From contig CP075495.1 in NCBI GenBank assembly GCA_021613535.1, positions 8,246,001 through 8,310,000 of the forward strand: 64,000 nucleotides of DNA, in the 5' to 3' direction. Source of the stretch: Adineta vaga (taxonomy: Eukaryota > Animalia > Rotifera). The position numbers and the translations under genes were made by a program. Below, in pieces: positions 54,701-64,000 of this stretch. Numbering within the stretch: position 1 is the first letter of the stretch; the number at the start of each line of letters is the position of its first letter. Below the pieces are notes generated by a model that did not search any database, was not told where the DNA came from, and worked only from the letters and a program-made list of their open reading frames with translations.

Positions 54701-57455
54701 GCTGCACGACATGAAACAATTGAATGAGGTTGAGGGTGTGGGTGAGAGAGATGATGATTCATGTTGAATAAAGAATTCGAAAGAGAATCATTGACTAAAA
54801 TTATTGTTAGATTATGTGTATACATAAAACGTTGCCTATTAAAATGGAAAGATAGATTCGAATAATACAAAAATGAAATGAATCTTTTAGTTCTACCATA
54901 ATGATCCATCAAGGATAACAATTGGACGCCAAAAGTCGAAGAATTCTTGAAGACTTTCGTCTCTAAAATAGAGGTCAATTTTTAAGTACGAATACAATTC
55001 CTATCTGTAAAAATATAATGGGTACAATCGCTTAATTGTTCATTAATTCGTATGCTGATATTATTCACAAATCAAAATAATATTCTGTCTGCATAAAAAC
55101 CACATGTCAAACTTGAAAAAATGTTACTACATACGTAATACAAAATGGATACTATGTAGATAGATTTTCTTTTGATATTCAACTCTTTCTTCTCTAAACA
55201 TCAGTTTAGATTGACTCATTACTAGAAATTTTCGATTGAATCATTTCAGTCATTGACTTACTTGACATTTAAGACTGTTTGTCGTGAATTATTCATTGTT
55301 ACATAGAAAATAGGTTTTCCACGTTTAATTGTTTCTGGTACTTTATAATATGATGAATTTTGAGCAAATGTATTAATTAATGTTAAATGTCGATCAGTCA
55401 CCGAAACACTAAAACATTGAAATTCAAATAGAATTATAAGAATTTATTTGTAACTAAAACGCTTACGTTTGTATCACATCATTGTATCGTCGAACCAGAT
55501 TATTACGGGTAACATTACCTGATTTTGTTGTTTGATTGTACGATAATTGGTTTGATTCTTGAAGAAAATAGATTGGTGCTTCTTTGTAAACACGAATATC
55601 TGTTCGAATACTCTCCGCTAATGGCCAAACAGAACGAGCTACATAATATATTTGAATATCATATCGCCAAGGTAATATTAAATGAACTTCAATTTCATCT
55701 AAAAGAATCAAGTTTTGTCAGACACAAAATAAATAAATAGATAGATAGATACAGAAAATTCATCGAACCTTTTTGAATTTGAACATGTCGAACAGTATAA
55801 CCTTCACGTAAACGTAATGAAAGTACATTTTCTAATGAAGTTTTAAGAACGGATTGATTGACTAATTTATATGATACAGGAAGACTAGTCAAATTTAATT
55901 TACTAGAAAAAATAAAATTAAAATTGTAGTTCATTTCTTAGAAATCATTTGAAAAATCAGACCTGTTTCGATTATTTTCATCTTCAACACTAAATGATCC
56001 AATAGGTATTCGTTTCGATGGCGCAAAACTTTGTTCACAAACTGCTTTATGAAAACCTAATTGTCAAAGAAATTAAGTAGTCTTTTTGAATAAATACAAA
56101 AAATTCTTCTTACCCCAAGATAATAATTCATGTTGAAATTCATTCAATCGTTTGCAAACATTAAATAATTCAAATTGATTCGAAAATAAACGTGCTAATA
56201 ATGTTGATCCATTACTTATATGATCAACATCAAAATGTATAAATGAACCAAATGTTGATAAACTAATAAATCTCAATAATTCTTCATTAGGAACATGTCC
56301 TAAACTAGCAATAGGTAATTTAAATATTTTAGTATTTGATGATTTTTGTCGTTGATTATTCGAACCAATTTGTACAAATGAACAACTTATTATACGAGCA
56401 CGTATTTGTCTCATAACTGTTTCAAATGCTGTTAAATTTGGAACATCAAGAATACCGTCCGTAATAATGACTAATGCAGCTGTTGATTCTTCTGGCATTA
56501 ATTGTAAAGCAGTAATACCATAGCTTAACATATTGATAATAGCACATGATGATTCACTATTCGAATAAACTGAATTTAACTAGAAAGAAAAAAAAATGAT
56601 AAAAAAATCTTTTCTCGTCTATCAATTTGTTCGAAAATGAAGATCATCAATAACGTACATGACTATTGATATTATCATCGGAATCCATCGTAGATGATAT
56701 GGAATGACTATTAGATGGTTGACCATTACTCATCACTTTATGTAGAAGATCAGTGGCATTTTTTAAATTATTTGTTATATCACGGCAAACACTTTCTAAT
56801 GTTGACCGACTCAATCGATAACCTTTTATAGAAAAACAAAAAAACAATGATAATCTTCATGTAAATTCTTCTTCTTCGTCATTTACCATGAATAAGTACT
56901 TGATGATTTGGTGCTCGATGTAATGGAAAATAGACATAAACTGAAATATCTATTTCTGGTTGAAATTGAACTTCACAACCTGGTAATGTAAATGTTTGAG
57001 CAAGTGAATATAAAAGTACACATAAACAATTTGTTAATGATTCTAAATAGATATGACCACCATCCATAGAAACTGAAGCACATGAATCAGTCATATCAAG
57101 AATAAAAGCAAATTTATAACGTGTAGCAAAGTAAGAAAAATGTGTTGAACTAGTACAGATAATAGTTGATGATGCTGGTATGGGTACATTATTTTGGTCA
57201 ACTGCGGAAAGAAGAACAATTTCATCGGATGATTGTTTCTGCCAAAAACGAAAAAAAAAAATTTATTATTTGAAAATAATAATGTAGTATACGAACGATT
57301 TCTTCTGTTGTTGGTATCCGAACTGGATTTGATGATAATGATGACGATGAAGCAGCAATTTGTTGAAATTGCCATAATGCTCGAGTATTTCTTGAAACTC
57401 GATAGTTTCGACGAAGTTGAGCGAATACTTGATTAGCATAAACTGGAGTCTGCAT
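39737..57455 (-). CDS. SZT2: KICSTOR complex scaffold SZT2, dozens of exons
   Basis: ANQVFAQLRRNYRVSRNTRALW, FTLPGCEVQFQPEI, HQVLIHG, GITALQLMPEESTAALVIITDG, LGHVPNEELLRFI, VLSLRLREGY, LPWR, RRLQEGF, QCWVEPQDG. The C-terminus ISYFLWECLV* resembles the vertebrate SZT2 end. Confidence 0.92.
51241..51317 (-). ncRNA. mir-1175: pre-mir-1175 hairpin
   Basis: The 3p arm UGAGAUUCAACUCCUCCACUUC (51272-51251) matches the recalled protostome miR-1175. The 5p arm AAGUGGAGCAGUUCGUCUCAC (51312-51292) pairs with it. Confidence 0.9.
52198..52273 (-). ncRNA. mir-750: pre-mir-750 hairpin
   Basis: The 3p arm CCAGAUCUAUAUUCUUCCAGCUCA (52227-52204) matches the recalled miR-750 (CCAGAUCUAACUCUUCCAGCUCA). The 5p arm AGCUGGAAGAUGGAUUUCGCA pairs with it, using G-U wobbles that exist only on the minus strand. 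Confidence 0.9.
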
Positions 57456-58210
57456 ATGAATCTTGAATAAAAGAAAATTAAATTGATTGATTTGATGTAT
57501 GTATATATTTCTAAAATACAAAGTTAGAGAACAAATATAAAAATCCATTTATATCTATCTGATATTCGTTTAATCAAGCCAAATCAAACGAGATGAGATA
57601 TTTTCAAGTCCATAGTTTACTTATGCTACATCAAGAACGAACAAACTATCTATAGCTGTCACTAGCTGTCAACAGGTAAAAAGAAAACAGCAGACTTCTA
57701 TCTATTCTCTTAATAGTCTTTGATGCAATAGAGAAATGATAATTTGTTTTATTTATTCATAATTCATACCGAAAAACTGTTAAGAATATGGTTATGATAG
57801 CGATAGCGGTAGAACATTTTTTGGTACATTTTAATTACATAATTCACTTTATTTTATAGTTTATACTTGAAGTTTCACTTTTTACTATTGAAATGAAATA
57901 TCCTCATGTGATTTAGATCTGATATAAAGAATAAGTTGTGTGCTGAGAACAAATCTTCATTATATTATATCACCAATTTCCTTCTATTATGAGCTATTAT
58001 GTTTTGATAGATTTGCTATTTGACTCCGACCTTCGTGCTTATATTTTTTCTCATTCTTATCAAAATATAATTTTCGATAGCGACCATCTGTTTTGTTGCA
58101 CAAATACACATAGACATTTATTGTTTTAACCATCACTCCATTGATTATCAATCACGACAATCGTGTTCTATTTTGTTTAGTTATAGTTTACGTATATTTA
58201 CTTTATAACG

Positions 58211-59830
58211 ATGAAAATTGAAAAGATGGACATGTTTCATGTCAAACCACGATGGCTTTTTCTGAAGGTAATCATTTGTTTGAACTGCAATATACACGTA
58301 TATCGACAATAATTGTTAAGATTACCTGTGATGATGGAACAGTAGGATGGGGTGAACCTGTAGTGGAAGGACGTGCTCAAACAGTTGAAGCAGCTGTTAG
58401 AGTAAGAAATTATATTTTCTTCTTTTTTCGTTCATAGAAACGATCACTTTGTGTAAACTTTGTTTATCTCTTTTCAGGAAATTGCACGATATTTAATTGG
58501 TCAGGTAATGTATGAGAAATGTTGATATGTTTATGTAATGGTTGATTTAAAAATAGGATCCACGAGATATTGAAAAACATTGGCAAATAATTTATCGAGG
58601 CAATTTTTATCGGTATACGATTTTTTAGATGTGTCATGATGCCTTTCATATCGAAAATTTGCATTCTTTTTGTATAGAAATGGACCGATTCTTACTAGTG
58701 CTTTATCAGGTGTTGAACAAGCTCTCTGGGATATTCTTGGCAAACAGTATATTTGCTTCTAGATTAGTTTTTCGTTTTGAATAAGAATCGACTTTTATTT
58801 AGTTTAAATGTACCTGTATGGCGATTACTGGGTGGTAAAGTACGCGATCGTATTCGCATGTATGGATGGTTATCATTGGAACCAACTGGCGATTATATTG
58901 ATTTGTACGCTAAAAGTATCAATGAAAATGTCGAAGGCTTTACAGCTTATAAAACATGTCCAATTCCACCAATGCAAATGATTGAACAACCACACGTACT
59001 ACATGCTATTCGAAATAATGTTGTTCGTCTTCGAGACAAAGTCGATAAACAAATTGATGTTGCTTTAGATTTTCACGGACGCTGCACACCTGCTATGGTA
59101 CGTTTTCATTTAAAATTATTTGTTTTATCACGTTCAGATTATCATGTAGTCACGTCGTTTGATTCATATGATTAAGGATGTGGATATTATGTTTATTGGT
59201 ACGTATTCTTTGATACGAAATCATTGTATTCAAAAAATCTCGATAGAATTCTTTGTGATTCTATTTTGTTCTTTTAATATTTATAGAAGAACCTGTATTA
59301 CCAGGTGATGTTGCTGGTTTGAAACAAGTCTCTTCATCGACCAGTATTCCTATCGCTACAGGAGAACGTCTGTTCACACGTTGGCAATTCAATGATTTGA
59401 TCGAACAACAAGCTGTAGCCATTATTCAACCTGATATTTCTCATTGTGGTGGCATTTTTGAAGCTCGCAAAATCGCTTCCATGGCTGAAGCTCGAAATAT
59501 TGCAGTTGCACCACATTGCCCACTTGGTCCAATTGCATTAGCTTCTTCATTACAATTTGCTTCTTGTACACCAAATTTTCTATGTCAAGAACATTTAACA
59601 TTAGGTCATGATTACCTCAAAGTTCCATTTCAAGTAAGAAGAGATTATTTGTACGTTCACATTAATGATACATAATTTCTATCTAGGTTAAAGAAGGATA
59701 TGTTGAGGTACCATACCTTTCCGGACTAGGAATTGAAGTAGATGAGGAAAAAGTACGAGCAGGTATGTTTCCGGGTGATTGGCCAACACCACAGTTTCGA
59801 CTTAAAGATGGTAGTTTTGCTGAATGGTAA
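58211..59830 (+). CDS. dgoD: D-galactonate dehydratase (enolase superfamily), bacterial type, 8 introns
   Basis: [86 protein letters not shown]-terminal DGSFAEW*. Collinear with E. coli DgoD as recalled. Confidence 0.94.
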
Positions 59831-62020
59831 AACTACTTAGTTTTTTTTTCATAAAAGTTAAACATGCACATGTTAATGAGAAAGTGACTAATTAGATTAT
59901 GTTTAATATACGAACATTAAGCTATCCTAAATATAGCACGGTACTTATATGCATAGTCACGTTTTACATTACTTGAAAATATAAGGAGATTTGATTAAAA
60001 ATATATATAAGTCACAGTTAGATATTTACGTCTTAGGAAAAGAAATAGAACATCAATTACAATACAATTAGTTTTCTTAATATCGAAGTCATATATGAAA
60101 CGAAAATTCGAAGATGTTCGTATCCAAATATTTACATACACACATAATATCAGTTTTGCTTATTTTATTGCACTTACAAATAAAACAAGAGATAATGGAG
60201 TAGATTGAACGCTACATAACAGATGAATAGATTTGAAGGCAATGATTCTATTCATTTGTTTAATTCACATTTAATTCAGTAATAATATCTCATCTGTTAA
60301 CGCAATAACTACATGGCAAATGAATATTTTACACTAGTATTTTATTCGATTGCTTTCTCTGTTATTATTGAGTATGGTACATTTGTGAGTTTATAGAAGA
60401 TCACATGTTAAACGAACAATGATTAGCATGAATCTGTACATGTATGTTTTCAATGTCACAGTTAAAATGGTTGCTTGATTATCGACTTGAAGATCATAGG
60501 TTAAATAAATGTATTAGACGATAAAGTTATTTCATTGTCTTGCTTTCTTTGTTGCAAGTATATCAGAGCGATCAAATATTGAAGAATATCATGTAAGATG
60601 AATAGGTTTCATCATAGGTTTATTCACATATGTTGTTCACGTCATGTGAATAATATCTGCATCTCAATCATTGACAAATTATTTATAAAGTGAATCTTTT
60701 CAATCATCACTTTATTCAGCTATTAGCTTTACTCACCCATATCGATTATTTGTTCACTAGTTAGTTGAGAGATGTAATACAATTGATTATGCACAACGAC
60801 AAGTATAATCATTTTGTTCGTAATCTCGCATATGACTGATGATCAATATAAGCTTATTCTTATCGTTCAAAAACGCCAAAATAAATGAATAAATATTACC
60901 ATTCTTATATTCACAAACATTATCATAATTCAACCGAAACTTCAATATCATCAATGGAATATGAATTTCATTAGCACTGAATAATCAGAACCATAACTAT
61001 TTTCATCAATAGTTTGATTCTAAAAATTGAAGCTATGATGTATTTATTGGTAAGAGGATCACTTCTCAGATGAATTCGCTAAACGAGCGTATTGTTCCAT
61101 GACATCGTTGATCTGATTGATAATACTTCAAATTTACCAACTAATTGGAAATGACGCAAAATTAGAATAAATGTAACGCACAGTTTGTTTAAATAGTACA
61201 TCAATAGTATCACGAAATAGTCCATTGATTAGCTGATCGAAGATGGCAAAGAAAATGAATGGCGGTTTTCCAAAGATTATGTTCTCGTTTTCCATGTTCC
61301 AAAACCATATACTAGATTCGATCAAATGATTATGCATAATATAACAGATGAATAACGAATATCTTTGTAATAAGTTCATGTATGAATTGTCTCTACGATG
61401 AAACCAAAGTTCGTTTATGTATAATGAAACACCAATCACATGTTATATGACAAGCCGTGAAAATAATTTCATTCAAATTTTACAATGAATTTACTGACGG
61501 GTGTCAAGATAGAATTCTACAGGAACAATATAAAATTGATGAATTATTTCATACCAATAGACCGATACATTCATCTCGTGAAATACAATATAAATGCTTG
61601 TCGTTAAGTCAAGTAAATAACCATAAGATAAATGAATAATTAACATCAGAATTGTATTCAAATACTTTGTTCCGTTAGAATTCGATATTTCCATGTGAGT
61701 TAGTGCGTGAGAAGTGAAATGTCAAATGAATGTTTTGTACGACATTTGCCAAAGTTTTATTCATCTATTTTGTTCACTTCGTAGAATTATTCCTATATAT
61801 CGTTATGAAATTATTATTGAACGGCACAAAAACAGTTGATACACTTCAAGCATGATCGACCACCAATATCGTACTCATCTACTTAACACACATCGAAACC
61901 AATCGTCCATGACAGTCTTGCGGGAAAGGTTTGCACAACAAATGAATGCCTTAAACAACGTCTCAATTCAACTATTTTGTCGCTTATCAGAGAAAAAGTT
62001 TTAGCTAGTAATTTGTTCTA

Positions 62021-62763
62021 TTATTGCAAAGAACATGATTCAGTCTTAGGTGGTTGTTTTCGAGGAGAATTTTCAGTCGATTCTAATTCTGGTTCTTCTA
62101 AATCGAAAAACGTCAGAAAATTTCAAAATCTTATCATGATTGCGAATCAAATTCCTCAGATTATAGCGACATTAATCAGTTACGGATCTTACCTATGGGA
62201 TATGGTTGCTGTGGTTGGGTTTCTTTGTGAACAGCTTTTTCTTTAGCATAAATAAGATCATCCCAAATAATTTGATCACTTAATTCTGTATGTAATTCCA
62301 CCGTAATTGGCTCATTGATATGTTTTAATTCCTTATTCAATTCGTGAACTTTATGTTTCAATCGAGTTAAATCAGCTTCAATAAAATTTTCTGTTTCTTT
62401 CAAATTATTCAATTCATAAGAAAATCTTGTAAAATTTTCATTGAGTTTAGTTCGTTTCGAATTCAGTAATTGAGTTACTTGTCGACGAGTTTGTTCAGCA
62501 ACGAGTTGTACTTTTTCAATCATCATTTCTTGCCATTCATCAATTTGTAGAAGAAGTGGACTATGTAAGTCATTAGATTTTATTAATCTCTCAATTCTAT
62601 CTCGAAGTGTATTGCGATGCGTAATTACACCAGCCATTTCATTAGATAGAGCTTTCCGATGAGTTTTAAAATCTTTCGTACAGAAACAAGTTCCACATCC
62701 TGTGCAATAGCTTGTACCAAGTCCTTTGTGACATACCGAGCATCGATTCGTTGTTTTTGTCAT
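62021..62763 (-). CDS. B-box-like Zn finger plus coiled-coil protein, 2 coding exons
   Basis: CSVC...CTGC...FCTKDFKTHR, QIDEWQ..MIEKV, ENFIEADL. An intron at ~62098-62191 leads to a short acidic tail. Confidence 0.72.
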
Positions 62764-63499
62764 CCCTACAAAAGAATATAATAGAACATGTGACAATTTA
62801 TCTCATAAATTATACGTTAATCAAGACATATATGAAATGAATTAATTTCAGTTTTACTTACTCGATCAATCGAAAAAAAATTTGTTTTAAAGTATAGAAA
62901 TACTTTCACGTACTCGAGAAGAATAATAAATGAATGATGAATTTACATTAGTATTATACTGATCGGACGAACAGAAGCAAAAACAACTCATTTCGATTTT
63001 CTCTTTCTCTCCTTCAAAATTCTTTTGGTTACATGTGATGAAAGTATGAGCATGTCTGCCAAAAGACAACCTATAAATATTAGTGCAATATTGTTAAATG
63101 GCAACACTTCAATTTCGAGGTATGAGAAGCTAGTTATTAAAAAGAAACCATCAATTTTCTTTTTACAAGTGCTTCTTATTATTTGATGTAGGAAAATCAC
63201 ACGAAGCTTATTAACATACGAACGAAAAAACATGCAAGTGAATGAATAAATTACTTTTCTCCTTTAAGGACACACTAAAATCAAGTTTATAAAAAATATA
63301 GTGGACAAATTTCTAATACGTATTTCAATCTATTGATAACAACACATTTTGTTGAAGTGTAAAAGATTGTCAAGTATACATTGAATACTAAAAGAATAGT
63401 ATGATGATGTATTCTTATATTGGACAAAAATTTGATTTCATTTTTGATTCAACATCAAAATAAACAAAATTTTGAAATTCATCGATTTCTATCAGCTAA

Positions 63500-63873
63500 C
63501 TAATCATACTCAAGTAATGTTGTCTTCGATCGTATTACTTTGTTTGATGTGGTGTTATATGGATGATAGCTATGTCGATGATTTGATTTCTTTCGAATAT
63601 TATCTTCTAAATGTGATGGCTCCGGTAAAATGAATTTATCTGTATCATTTGTTGGAGTAGGTTTACATTCAAATTTTAATGTATATTTTGGTGTGATGGT
63701 TGATGGTAAATCAATATGTATTGTTACTTCGTAGGTTTGAAGCTTTTCCTGAATACTATTGAGTTGATACAATAAAGCTTCCATTCGGTTCGGTTGAAAA
63801 TCGATTCTTTAGCAAGTGTTGAAATATCGCTTTTAACGGTTTGTAATTCTAAGCTAATTTGTCTTAAATATTT
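63500..63873 (-). CDS. Last exon of an uncharacterised gene that probably continues upstream
   Basis: Open frame from an AG acceptor near 63874 to the stop at 63500. Confidence 0.45.
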
Positions 63874-64000
63874 CTGAAAAGAAGATAACTAAAAGAATGA
63901 ATCAATTCATTACATATCTTAATTCAGTGTTTTGTTTTTCATTTTTAATTCCAATCGTTATCTCCTGATTTATTTCTAATAAATCATTTTGGCATTTTTT

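Noticed and set aside
54721-54745. TGAGGG/TGTGGG telomere-like hexamers
   Set aside because: This is the antisense of SZT2 coding sequence (HPHPQPH) and not a tandem array.

Overview
AT-rich, gene-dense animal DNA with short (about 50-60 nt) GT-AG introns. The intron style, the B-box/coiled-coil gene and several intron-containing genes of bacterial type suggest a bdelloid rotifer (inference). Ordinary animal genes: two tandem TRPC-like channels, a DEG/ENaC channel, TMBIM4, CNPPD1, a PPxY membrane adaptor, OSR1/SPAK kinase, TMED2, a divergent annexin, a homocysteine S-methyltransferase and an 18-kb SZT2. Horizontal-transfer candidates: a DUF5765-like membrane protein, a secreted GH26 mannanase fused to a CBM59-like module, an 8-intron dgoD galactonate dehydratase and a decayed purple acid phosphatase. 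Two highlights are not visible in the ORF track. (1) The mir-750/mir-1175 cluster lies inside the 2.6-kb intron of SZT2, and each hairpin sits in its own AG...GTAAG cassette with an in-frame stop. (2) A full-length jockey-type LINE has a 13-bp TSD, an exactly spaced Inr+DPE internal promoter, ORF1 and ORF2 joined in frame by TAG-ATG, and a PAM2 (PABP-binding) motif at the ORF2 N-terminus. Family assignments come from recalled motifs, not searches. Exon boundaries were read by eye.
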